Numbered from the whole stretch's first letter, positions 12,468 through 25,246 are shown. The stretch is DNA of 63,967 nucleotides, filler included, from Reticulomyxa filosa (GCA_000512085.1; 25 parts of 25 records of this genome joined end to end with filler, not necessarily neighbours in it), one strand, 5' to 3'. The notes: generated by a model from the letters alone, not told the origin. A program made the numbers and translations.

Positions 12468-15400
12468 ATGATATCAAAGGTATTTGTGACAATTGATTCA
12501 ACGAAATATGAAATTGGATTGACAACTCTGTCAATTCAAAGCTTAAAAGACAGAATAATAGAAATCTCGAAAAGCGACCAACACGGAAACACACTGCTTA
12601 AAATTACGGATAGCAATGGTCATGTTGTTGAGACGGACCAGAATGTAATGGAAGCGTTCGAGTACTATCACGGTCACTTCGCTGCTCATTTTGAGCCAAG
12701 TCCTTTTTTTTTGTATATATCTGTGCATTTTTTTTTTTTGGTAATAGAAAGAAATAGTTCGACAATAAACAAATGATCAAAAGAATCTCTGAGCAAGAAT
12801 GAAGAAGAAAAAAGAAAAAAATCGGAAACGTCCCAAAATGAATTGATTGAACTGAAGAACCCTCTAGTGTTGTTGGCAGGGGCAATGGAATATGAAAACC
12901 AGCCCAATGTGGATAAAATTAAAACTGATTTGGTTTTATTGAAAGCATTATTTCAGCAAACCTTTGGTTATGAAGTATTTACCACATTCGATCCAGAAAA
13001 AAAAACAACTGGATTGTTGACATTGGATGAATTGAATGGATTTGTGTTGAGCCATGGTGTGTCTTGGAGAGAGAGCGCCAGGAAAGAGTCTTATGATGGA
13101 CTCATCTTTGTGTGGTGCGGACATAGAGGCTTTGAAGATGATAGGGACACTTTGGTCACAAGCGAAGGAAAAACCAAGACTTTGAAAAGTATAATAGATG
13201 CATTTGCAATTGACACAAGCTGTTTTTTTGTAAGAAAACCAAAGATATTCATAACAATTGGATATGAAAAAGAAGGCAGTTCGTACTTTTGGACAGCCAA
13301 AGTGGAAGCAAGCAAATTCAGGATAAAGTTATATGGAACAGTCTTGATGGTGATATCTTCACATTGTCTGCATATACATTCGGAAAATATGATATTGGCC
13401 CTCCTGACATGGAAAACACAAAAAAAGGAAGTTACTTTACAGAAGTGTTTTGTCACGTTATTCAAACGAACATTGGGAAATGCCTGGATTTTATTATCAG
13501 ACAGGTTCTTGAAGCAGCCGTGATTGGACAAGCGCCAGAGAGTGATGTCATGCCATACACTTCAACTGAAACAACACTTGAGGTATATTGGACGCAACGA
13601 TCATCACTCTCGGCTGCTTTGGTCCAATCTGACGATGTTAAACAAGAACCAGAAGCGTTGATAAATTCACAAGATGGGTATTCCAATATGCACATCCCAA
13701 GCAATATCCACAAACATCGAAATAAATATTGGAAACTGGCAAATATGGAAGCAACCAAAATGGTTGAAGAAATGATGAGACATGAAGAACAAGGATTAAT
13801 TATTGTTGCCAATAACATTCCTCAATTGATGAAACCTATAGACGAAAGTCTGCCGAAAGATCAACTCCCATTCAGTATGTTGGTCAACAGTTCAGACATG
13901 TACAAGAAAGAATTTGATACTTATTGGGTATGTTGTATCAAGAAAGAATGGGTCATTTTAGATTATATTAATATTGATGGAAATGTATATGTGGTCGACT
14001 GCCATATACAAGGTATTGGAACCATTGACATGCAGGTTTTTGTCACGGATCACGGAAAAGTGGATCCTTGTTTGGAGTTGATTAATCCCTCCATTTTGTG
14101 GAACACCAAATTCCATCATGACATTCCAATCCAAATCCAAGGTCTCATTGACAAGGGACAACAATGCACCGACATTATCCTCTTTGATGATTCGATTTCT
14201 TATTTTCAGCAAGCTTTACAAATTTGCATTGGCATACTTGGGAATGCGCATCCTGATGTCAGCGATTTGTATTCCTATTTGGGAGACAATTATGACAATA
14301 AAGGAGACTATGACAAAGCAATTGAATGCTACGAAGAGGCATTGAAAATTAGGTTAAATTGTTTGGGAACTGAACATCCTGATGTTGCTACTTCATATTG
14401 TAATTTAGGGGCAACATGCTATAACAAACAAGACTATAAAAAAGCAGCCGAACATCATTGCAATGCATTGGATATAAGACTGAATATTTTTGGGAACAAT
14501 CATATTGATGTCGCTACTTCATACCAACATTTAGGAAACTCTTGCTTTAAAAATGGGCAATACGACAAAGCCATTAAAAATTATCAAAAGGCAGTTACTA
14601 TTCGCTTGAATCTGACCGGAAAAAACAACTATGAAGTTGCAAAGTTGTACGATGATTTGGGATCTATGCACGTCTGTATTGGCTCATATCTTAGAGCCAT
14701 TCAAGATTATGAAGAGGCACTGAATATTAGGTTATCTATTTTTGGGATGAAGCATGTCGATGTTGCTAAATCTTACGAGTATTTAGGAGACTCTTATGTT
14801 CATATGGGAGAATACGAAAAGTCAACAGAATGTCATGAAAAAGCATTGAAAATTAGATTGGATCTGTTTGGGAATATACACGGTGAGGTCGCCGATTCCT
14901 ACTACAATTTGGGATATAACTATGATATTCATAAAAAAAGCACCAAAGATAACGGCAAAAATTGTGACAAAGCAATTGAATACTATGAAAAGGCATTACA
15001 AATTAGATTGGAGCTGTTTGGAAATAAAACCAAAGATGTGTCTCTCTTATATCACTGCTTAGGATATACCTTTAGTGAGAAAGGGGACCACGAAAAAGGT
15101 ATCCAATATTTTGAAAAATCATTGACCATCAAATTGGAAATCCTTGGACCAAACAATGGTGACGTTGCTTGTTTATATGGTAATTTAGGGACAAACTGTT
15201 GTGAAAAAGGTGACTACGACAAGGCAGTTGCATATAATGAAAAATCATTGCAAATCAGATTGGAGATTTATGGAAATCAACATATCAATGTGGGTTGGTC
15301 TTATTTCAATTTAGGGTATTCATGTTTCATGAAAGGGTTATATGAGAGAGCGACTGAGTATTTTGGTGAAGTGATCACAATTGGATCATTTAATGCGGCC

Positions 15401-15841
15401 ACTACTGATAACTTAATCACAAATATAAAATATTTCAATGATAGCGATGAACAATTTCAAAAAGCGGCGATATTATATGAAGAAGCATTAAATATTGGAT
15501 TCAATTGTTTTGGTTTTTCTCAGGTCGATGTGGGTAGATTGTATGAACGTTTGGGCAATACCTGCTTTGACAAGAAACTTTATGAAAAAGCAATGGAATA
15601 TCATGAAAAAGCGTTAAAGGTCAGATCAGAATTTTTCGGTAATTTCCACGAATATGTTGCTGATTCTAATTGGAATTTGGGAATTGTATTTGAAACAAGA
15701 GGGGGAAATGATCTTGCACGTGCATATTACGAAAAGGCTTTCAACATGTACCAGACGGAATTGGGAAACTCTCACACAAAAACAGTAGCTACAAAGGAGA
15801 GGTTGATATCTTTGAGTGGAGAAAAATGTATAAGTAGTTAG
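12468..15841 (+). CDS. Multidomain protein: N-terminal Ubl/PB1-like domain, caspase-fold (peptidase C14, p20+p10; catalytic Cys replaced by Tyr), uncharacterised linker domain, about 12-13 42-aa TPRs; intron ~12700-12783 and a frameshift at or just after 13268
   Basis: p20-like: DLVLLKALFQQTFGYEV, YDGLIFVWCGH, KPKIFITIGY. p10-like: DIFTLSAYTFG...KGSYFTEVFCHVI. TPR consensus HxDVAxSYxxLGxxYxxxGxYxKAIxxYExALxIRL. Confidence 0.8.
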
Positions 15842-16319
15842 TCCTTTCTTTTGTTGGGAAAAGTAAATGTATTCTAGCATATCGTGACAAAAGAAAGTAA
15901 TTCATTCTTTTTTATTTTGCAAAGAGTAGTTTTTTTTTTTACCTTAATCGCAGATTAGTGTTGAATTTCGAGCCATTATTTTTGTTATAAAGCATTTGCC
16001 ATTTATATGATATTTAAACAAGCACTTTGTTTTCATTTAAATAAATATATTTTTTCAATACAAGCAATACAATTATTTTAATTACATTAGTCTGTACAAC
16101 GAATCTTTTTTGATTTTAAACTTATGTAGATTGTCAAAAGTTTGTGATGCTAAACTATGTTGTAATTATATTGTTTTAATTTTGTTTTAATTATTTTTAA
16201 ACGTCAACAAGTACGTGTACAACTAGGTTCGAAAAGGAGAAAACAGTATAATCAGCGCTGCACTTTTATTATATAAGCATTTGCTGTTTCTATTTGTGAA
16301 CGCATAGAATTGACCAACA

Positions 16320-16621
16320 TGGAGCCCTTTACAGTAATACCTCAATCCCGATATCATTCCACCTCTCGTCATTTAAATGACCTTATAAGTGAAAACGAAG
16401 ACGACACTAACTTTGGCTCTCATAATAACGTTCGGCATTCCAGAACATCAGAACATTTCCCAACAGTAAATGAGTGCAACAACTCCTATTCTTTCAACGA
16501 CTGCGAAGCTCAAAATGAGGCCTTGTTATTTTCATTGGCTCAACTTATCAAAATGCGTGGAGAGATTAAGGAGCATATTCCGGAGTTATCAAATCACTGC
16601 TTATACTTTTCCCATCGTTGG
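16320..16621 (+). CDS. Probable first exon of a hypothetical protein
   Basis: ATG-initiated open frame ending at a GTATGT donor followed by poly-T. Confidence 0.35.
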
Positions 16622-16761
16622 TATGTCGACTTGTTTTTTTTTTTTTTTTTTTTTTTTTTTTNNNNNNNNNNNNNNNNNNNNNNNNNNNNNNNNNNNNNNN
16701 NNNNNTTAATTAATTAANNNNNNNNNNNNNNNNNNNNNNNNNNNNNNNNNNNNNNNNNNNN

Positions 16762-17983
16762 CGTCAACAATGATAACGTCAGTGAAGCGGCTCCGTCCAC
16801 AGTCACTAATACAAACACCAATGCAACTGGAGTGACAACAACGGCCGTGGTGTTTTCCAAGGCGCGTGTCAGTGTCCCCCTCTCGGAGGACACTACAAAA
16901 GATGCGGGAAGTATGCTGCATAGTGGCAACAGCAATAATGAGAACGATGACGGAGAGAAAGTGACAGACGAAACAAAGTCGACGAAACAAAAAGAGGAAA
17001 GAAAGAAGGACAATTCAACAAAGCACATGTTGTTAGATCTGAGTGTGACTACAGTGGACACGCTTTCGCCTGTGGCAAAGGAGGCTAGTGAGGACGATGA
17101 GCCAAGTTTGACCCAACGAGGAGAAGAAGAAGAAGAGAAAAAAATGATGATGATGATAATGATGATAATGATGATAATGATAATGATGATAATGAAGACG
17201 AGGAGGACGAAGAACAAGAAGGAAAAAAGCAAAAAGGAAAAAACAAAAAAAAGAAGAAGAAGAAGACAATGAAAAAGAGAAATACAAATTACAACAAAGC
17301 CCATATTCAAAATTGAATTCACAACCAAATTCACCCTTTCTGATGGCCAAATTTGAACTTCATAACGGCCATGTGAGCATGATCGATTTGAACGAAAGAC
17401 AAAACAACATTCATTCGACAAATAAAATGAGCTACGAACGTGCGACGCGATGGATGCTGCCCAACAAGGACGAGAATGCAAAACCGAGACGACGATCGTC
17501 GTCTCTGCACAGCTACGATCAGTTCTTTCTGGAGCGTGCAAACGTGTGGGGCGAAAATGTCCGAGCCATCACATCTTCGCCATTGCAACAGCCGACAAAA
17601 GCAAAGGCAAAGCCAAAGCCAAAGGCGAGTGCAATCGTCATCAAACCGCAGTACGGCGCCGCACATCCGCAAAGGTCGATCCAAAGCCAGGTCAGCTTCA
17701 CGTCTCACGTGCATTCCTCTTCCGAGCCAGACTTGAAAGATCACGAGGATCGAAATCGATGGCGCAAAAGCCGGCCGCAAAGGAAGGCCATTATTCAGCG
17801 TCGAAAAGAAAAAGAAAAGGAAAAAGAAAAGGGACAACAACAACAACAACAAGATAAAAACAAGAAGAAAGACAAAAAGAAAAAGGAAGAGGAAGTGGAG
17901 ATTGAGGTCGAGATTGAAGTTGAAGTACAAGAAGCAACGATAGAAGAAGAAGAAGAAGAAGAAGAAGAAGAAGAAGAAGAAGA
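16762..17983 (+). CDS. Fragment of a low-complexity acidic/basic hypothetical protein with apparent indels
   Basis: Long open frames with D/N, E, K and Q tracts from (GAT/AAT)n and (GAA)n repeats; GC richer than introns. Confidence 0.45.
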
Positions 17984-18259
17984 NNNNNNNNNNNNNNNNN
18001 NNNNNNNNNNNNNNNNNNNNNNNNNNNTTAATTAATTAANNNNNNNNNNNNNNNNNNNNNNNNNNNNNNNNNNNNNNNNNNNNTTTTTTTTTTTGTGTGT
18101 ATGTTAAAAGTGAAGGAGATTGCTTACATATACATATTACTTATATACATACAACAACGTATTTAAATTAGTATAGTGGCCTTCTTCCTCCCTATACTTC
18201 CTCCTCACACACACACACGCTACTATCACAAAATACGTTTTTGTAAAGAGTAACGCTAC

Positions 18260-18441
18260 CATGAATAGCCGCCCTTTCCTAATGTCTCCCCAAGAAACCA
18301 TCGACCAATTTGCCGAGAACTCTCCTCTTTGCTTGGTGAAGAGTCACCGTTAGCGGCTGCGTCGTCCTTCACGTCTTCCGTGGCTGGTGACTTTTGCAGC
18401 TGATCATATTTTACAGAATCAATTAGACCCAATTGTGTCAT
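18260..18441 (-). CDS. First exon of a Ser/Thr protein kinase
   Basis: MTQLG...IGRWFLGETLGKGGYSW (subdomain I glycine-rich loop) ending at a GTAGCG donor. Confidence 0.75.
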
Positions 18442-20425
18442 ATCCCTTATTTTAATCAAGGGTTAAACAGCAATAAATGCTTTCTTTCCTCAAAAGTAAT
18501 AATTGTTGATGCAGCTTTGCAACACCTTAAGGAAATGCTCTTGGAACTTTCTTACGAGGAATGTACCCCCTTTTTTTTTGTTTGAACTACACAAGAGGCA
18601 CAAACTTTTTTTTCCGAGTTCAAATAGTTCTAAATGAAAAAAAGACAATCTTTAATATTCTTAAATATCAAACATAACAATTCATCAATCATAGAAGGTA
18701 AATCAGGCGCATTTTCGCATGCGAGCATTTTCAATGAACAATAGTGACATTTTGCAAGCAACGTTACGTTTGAGTGCAACACTAAATGCCACTGTTTGAC
18801 ACAAAAAAGAAAGTAGCTAGTTTATTTAAAATCAACTGAAACACCTTTACTACAAGATCGACCAGATCTTAGAGATCCAATGTTTGCAAAATATATACAA
18901 TCGAGAACTAAAAAAAGCCCCCTAAAATGAACCATATAACATTTATGTTTAAAACATTTTTGGATTCCCACAATACATAGATATTACTTAAAAAAGGACT
19001 TCGACAAAATATTGATTCTTCATGAATAGACACATAAATATTATAGGGGTTCATTTTAGGAAGATCTTTTTTAGCTTCCGGTTGTAAATCCTGGAGAACA
19101 GTTTAATTATATTATAAATCGTGATGGTGATAAAAACAGTCCTGGTCTTATGCAAGCAATGCATAGTTCTATGGTTGATATGAAAAAACAAATCCAAATA
19201 CAACAATTGGTATAGATATTTATACAAACACGATGGCTGATTTGACAAGATAGTAAAATTATAAAAGTAATTCGGATGAGTTTAAAAGTACTGAAATATA
19301 CAAAAAACAAAGCGATTGTCAATTGTTTGGGATGAAAACTTAATTGGTGTCAACAAAATATCACTTTTTCATTTTTTCTCATTAATATTGATATTCAAGA
19401 TTAACTGATAAAAGCTTTCTTGGATCTTTTGGTATGTTAAAAATACCACTTTCACAACTGAATAAAAATATTTTGAAAAACAACAAATTGATAAAATAAT
19501 CAAAGAATAAACAACAGCTTTTGAAACTGATCGTGAACATTGTACGAAACTTGCACTAAACTCATTAAATTGAATTTTAAAATATCCGTTTTACAGCAAT
19601 TTTTCAACTGCAAAAATTAGAAGTAAAAACAACAAGGGACCTTACTTTGGAGGCAAAGCGTAAGATACCACTTAGTTTTTCAACAGTTGAATTCTTGTCA
19701 TTCAGATCGAACCTTTATTCCTCGTTTTCATTTTGCATTTTTCATTGTGTGCTAATTGTTTCTGCATTCTATTAGGGACAAGTTAATAATTCTGTGTGTT
19801 TTTTTTTTTGGTCTCTCTTCCCCTTAAAAAGAAAAAAATGGTTGGATTTTGATAGGATATTCTAACCCACAAACCTCAAAAAGGGTAATGAAAAATGACT
19901 TTGATTCATACACCAACAAACCAAAATACCAAAACAATATCTCCTCACAAGGAATCTCTTTGGAAAATTTTTGTGACGCCTTCCTCCTCCTCTCTCTCTC
20001 TCTCTTCTGTCTTCTCTCTTCTCTCTTCTCTCTTATGCCTCCAGTTAAAAAGGCATAACCATTGTCACCAGTGTTTACAACACACTATGTCACCAAACTC
20101 AACACATGAAGACACATTAACTTGGTGAATACACAAACAAACAAGATCATTGCTATAATTACATTTTTTTGTTTTCTTTGTTTTGTTTTGTTTTGTTTGA
20201 GTTATTGTTTTTATGTCTTTTTTTTTTTTTTTGGTTGTTGAATGAATGAATTGCATGACTGTGTCAAAATAAAAGATTGCAAATTTGAATGAGTGATTTC
20301 GAATTGCATGGCACAATGTCGAGAAATGGCACAAGAGATAGCAAGTTCATTTGACCAAAACATTGAAAGAAAAACAAAACAAAACAAAACAAAACATTGG
20401 GCAATGTCAATCACCACGTGATAAC

Positions 20426-20464
<39 letters not shown>

Positions 20465-20615
20465 NNNNNNNNNNNNNNNNNNNNNNNNNNNNNNNNNNNN
20501 NNNNNNNNTTAATTAATTAANNNNNNNNNNNNNNNNNNNNNNNNNNNNNNNNNNNNNNNNNNNNTTTTTTTTTTTTTTTTTTCTCTCTCTCTCCCCCTCT
20601 CCTCATCCTCCTCAG

Positions 20616-21135
20616 TGATCGCACAAAAAATCGATGGATGCTACAAAAGGGTCACAATTCACCACAAACGACCAAATACTTTGAACTACTGGATGAGTGG
20701 CAGGAAAACAAAGATGACAAACGTCGTGATGAAGATAGCTTTTATCCACGTTTTTTAAGCCGCAAAGAAGCTCGGGAAGTTTGGGGGTTTGATGACAAAA
20801 ATTATGAACATTTCTTCCCTCAAGACTTGATTCCACTCAAACGCAACACTCTCAAAAGTGCTTGGAACGAGTTGGTTGCTCATCAAGACCTCCCTTTTGT
20901 CAAAGCGGACGAACAAAAGTTGCTCTTGGTCAATACTTTGCTCAATGAAATACGACCAATCATCATTTACCACTTCCGTAAACATGTACAAGGGTACGTT
21001 CGCATTATCAATATGACCGATAGGGACATCAATGGAATGCTCAACTGCTTACGTGTGCGTGGCTGTCGATGTGACAATGGCAGTCGACAAAGCCATGACT
21101 GCACGTCCAACGGTGGCCGTCCACCTTCTTGGTAA
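20616..21135 (+). CDS. Last exon of a hypothetical protein
   Basis: Polypyrimidine tract + CAG acceptor, then a ~170-codon open frame with coding-like composition. Confidence 0.5.
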
Positions 21136-21767
21136 ACTGAACTTCAAAGAAAAAAAAAAAAATGATCAACTATATAATTGCATGATGTAAAGATAAACAA
21201 GGGGTGAAACACGATTGGAAAGGGAGGGGAAGGAAAGGAAAAAAAAGGCGGGAACTATAACAAAGGATCCCTTTGTTTCAAGTTTTCCGGTTTGATAATG
21301 AGTTTTGTGGGACTATTCAATTGATGATTTTATGTTTACAGCTTCATCTTTGGTCCCCCAAAAAAAAAATCATTCCTTACAATAAGTCACAGATATTACG
21401 CTATGTCTTTCTTTTAAAATTCACATACTACGTATTTTCAACAAAATCGCTGTATAATAATATTCAATGGCAAAGAAATTAATAATTTTTGTACACTTAC
21501 CAGAGCATGTTCTATAACTATTAACAAATAAGACATATTAAAAATACAATGCACGTGCTACAGTAACTGCAAAAATAATATCGTACGGATATATACATAG
21601 TTTTTTAGATGTAGATCAAAAGCCTGCTAGTGTGAAAAGGCACGCATAAATAAAGGGAAAAGAGTCCTGGCAAGATATAGGACAACTACAAACCCAAAAA
21701 GCAGACGTTGAAAAACTGAGAGCAGTAGCAAACTTTTTGAAAGGTTTTTTCCTTGTGAGTTTTTCAA

Positions 21768-22418
21768 ATGATGTTTTGGGATAAGCATGCCAAAAGTAAA
21801 CGAGCCAATGACTATGGAAATAAATGTCAGCAAGGTCTTTGGCTTGTAGTTTTTTTTTGCTTTGTAGGAATAATTTTGTTTATTGTCACACAAGCTAGTC
21901 ACCTGTTTCCATCAGGGACTCCGGCGCTGACATTTCATCAACAAGCGCTAAAAAACTTCATGTATGGTGTCGACTTCACCATACTGGAAAGCATGGACAA
22001 CAATGGTGACGAAAGTACATTTTACCTATCTGCCAATCATTCAGCTACAAACGATGGAATTATGATTCTTCAGCATTAGTTTTGCAAATCATGAACAAAC
22101 ATAAGATCAAGTGAAACTCCCCCTTGGCTCCCTCCCTCTATTTCAAAAAAGAAAAAAAAAAGATGTTTCATAATCACTCATTTCAAATGGAGTGTTTGGT
22201 ACAAAAATATCAACAAAAAAGTCATGTGACAGCAATGTTACTAAGCGTGTTCAATGATCCCTCGAATACAATGAAGTATGGGTCCCCTGATGAGGTTGTA
22301 AGGTTGGCCAAGCGTGCAAAAGAGAAGAAGTTACAAATACTATTGGAGTTACATTTCAGTGATAATTTCACCACCAATTCCACTCAAACAAAACCAGCGC
22401 AATGGAAAAGCTTCACAG
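21768..22418 (+). CDS. Glycoside hydrolase family 53 (endo-beta-1,4-galactanase)-like protein with N-terminal TM anchor; exons 21768-22078 and 22222-22418; 3' partial
   Basis: FMYGVDFTILE ~ FxxGADxSxL; spliced ILQHYHVTAMLLSVFNDPS ~ ILKxxGVNxVRLRVWNDP; LAKRAKEKKLQILLELHFSD...QTKPAQW ~ LAKRAKxxGMKVLLDFHYSD...QxKPxAW. Confidence 0.78.
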
Positions 22419-22486
22419 GTTATTTTTCAAAAAAAATAAAAAATAAAAAATAAAAAATTGCTCAGTTATTTTCGCAACTATTTTTT

Positions 22487-22523
<37 letters not shown>

Positions 22524-22623
22524 NNNNNNNNNNNNNNNNNNNNNNNNNNNNNNNNNNNNNNNNNNNNTTAATTAATTAANNNNNNNNNNNNNNNNNNNNN
22601 NNNNNNNNNNNNNNNNNNNNNNN

Positions 22624-22674
22624 GCCCTAAGCCCTAAGCCCTAAGCCCTAAGCCCTAAGCCCTAAGCCCTAAGC
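22624..22674 (+). repeat. Telomere-like tandem repeat (GCCCTAA)7, G-strand TTAGGGC
   Basis: Seven perfect 7-mers starting at the first base of the contig, with the C-rich strand pointing to the contig end. Confidence 0.8.
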
Positions 22675-22792
22675 TAAAAATTTTAATTAGAATATTTTTT
22701 TTGAGTTTTTTTTACTAACTAGAGTTACAGATCGTTTGATATTTGTTTATTTTTTTTTTATAGGGACATATTTTAATAATTAATCCAACATG

Positions 22793-23726
22793 ATCATTGT
22801 CAAAATTTTTCATTACGGCGTATAATTTGTGCTTGCTTTTGCTGATTTGGCTTGAAAGGCCATAATATTTGCGAAAGTCCTGCCACCGTTTTGATCGACA
22901 TGTACAATAGCTAGTCGTATTTTTACAACGCATTTCCACATCATGCTACTTTTATACTTTTCTTTAATACAGGCCCAAAATTTTTTGTTTTTCGGACGAT
23001 TTTTTTGCTTGTGCTAAAGCTTTGTGCACCAATTTCTTTTGTGTTGCGTGGTATAATGTAATAGTCTTTACAGTTGCAAAGAATAATACACTTAAAAAAA
23101 GCCACATATTCCATATGGCCCAAATCACTACCAAAAATGCTTGATATGATAAAAAAGATCAAAAAAAAATATTGACATTAATTTTAGTCAAAACAATGCA
23201 AGTGGTAGCTAATTATAATATTATTTGTGATTTTTTATTAAATTTGACAAATAAAACATCACCATATATATGACTATAATACATAATTTTTTTTTTAAAT
23301 ATATATGGATATGACTTATATGTTTCATTAATTGAATCTGCTTTTTGTTCCAGTTGTTGTTGTCCAGAAGCTTCATGATTGATTCATTTTTTGTTTTAAC
23401 AGTGACTTCTAAGTCTTAAATCTGATGTTGTTGTCATAAGCATCAATTAAACTATCTTGCGATATTAAAAATCTTTAATCTATTGTCTATTACATTTTCT
23501 ATGAAATGTATTATCATCATACCCATCTCTATTACCGCGGTACAACAGACAACTGTTATGCAATTGTACCATTTCATTTATGTATACTTATCAAAAATAT
23601 AACTAAATTCGGATAGCACTGAGATAGTTGTTGGTCCTTTTCAGTTGAATCTTTCATAAAACTTGCTGTAAGAAAGTTAATCATTTCCACGGTATAATGA
23701 TCTTAATGAAAAATTTTGACAATGAT
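22793..23726. repeat. Perfect 23-bp inverted repeat pair (22793-22815 / 23704-23726) bounding ~0.93 kb; possible MITE or non-autonomous element
   Basis: ATCATTGTCAAAATTTTTCATTA vs TAATGAAAAATTTTGACAATGAT; no clear TSD and no transposase. Confidence 0.45.
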
Positions 23727-25246
23727 TATTTCTTATTACAAAAATTTTCTTTATAAGATAGCGTTTGTGTGTTCTTTATTTTGAAAAATTATTTCATTGT
23801 TTAAGAAAATATTGTATTAATATTAAATCATTTTCATTATATTTCATTAATTTTATTTGTTCATTCAGCATGAAATTTAATTGAACAAATAACAAATGAA
23901 AGTCGTAAAACTGTTAGACGAAGACGACGTCCAAGACAACAATGAACAAATCGATGAAAATTCTGGACAACAAAGACAAGGACAAAAAGCGCGTTCAATT
24001 CATGTAATGAATAACAGTCCTAGCATTGCAAGTGAAAATAAGCACGATTATGAAACAAGAATTAACCAATTAACCAAAGAAAACAATGAACTCGCGTAGC
24101 AAGTTGCTAAGCTATCAAGTAACCTAACGCAGATTCGCAAGCTTTGTGATCCTCCAAAAAAAGACTAAGCAAAAAGAAAAAGGTCTCGTGATAATTATGT
24201 ACACCAAAAAAAAAAAGAAATAATAAATATAATTTTTAAATTAGCTTGTTAATATTTACTTTTTGTTGTAAATCCTGATTTTTATTAAGTCGAAACTGTA
24301 AAAAAAAACAGGATTGAAAAAACTTAGCTAGTTTTATGATATATTGAAATTTGCACGAAAATGTTTTGTGATTACAAACAAGCAAAGTAAACAACGTTAA
24401 TACTAAATCAAAAACGATAATTCCAGGTGAAAAAGAATAAAAGAGGGTGCAAATATTCAATGCAGTCAATGTCACAATGAAAAAATGCATGGTGCAATCG
24501 CTAATATGGACGAACAACAAAAACAAGATTTTTGGAACAAGATGACGATAGATTCAAACGTAATTAGAATATAATGACTGCTATTGAATTATTTTGCTCG
24601 GATAGCCTACTTATTGCACATGACGAAGCCAGCAAAACCATATGGGCTTCCTTTACAAATTCGAGCACGTAGGCCTAATAATATTATACAGATGAAAGGT
24701 TATAGTAATTTCGATACTATAATGATAAAAGACCTCAGAAAACAAATAGAAAAACATATGAATGTTGAAGAAATTGATTCACATTTTTTAAAAGTATCAA
24801 CATCCGATCTTTCAAATGATGTTCAAGAAAATTTAGTTAATTCAACAGTCATTTCTGAACAACAAGAACAAAAAGTAAATTCAGTTTTTGTATTCACTCC
24901 AAAGTGAAAATAAAAATAGATTAAACAATTTAAATATGCAAAACTTATAAATAGGCATCATAGTGAATATAAAAAAATAATTTTATTAAAAAAAACCACT
25001 AAAATGCAAATATTCTATCTCTAACTATAACATAATCCAATATTACTACGATATAGAACGCTAAAACTTAAGGGTCTACCTTAGCTGGACTACTAAAATA
25101 AAAATATTCAACGATAGGGAATGCTAATACTTAAGGGTGTATTCTTNNNNNNNNNNNNNNNNNNNNNNNNNNNNNNNNNNNNNNNNNNNNTTAATTAATT
25201 AANNNNNNNNNNNNNNNNNNNNNNNNNNNNNNNNNNNNNNNNNNNN

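Noticed and set aside
16714-17930. Antisense ORFs with poly-I/L/F/M stretches resembling membrane proteins (also 6381-6629, 56035-56298, 57574-57980)
   Set aside because: Translations of microsatellites and purine-rich tracts on the wrong strand or frame.
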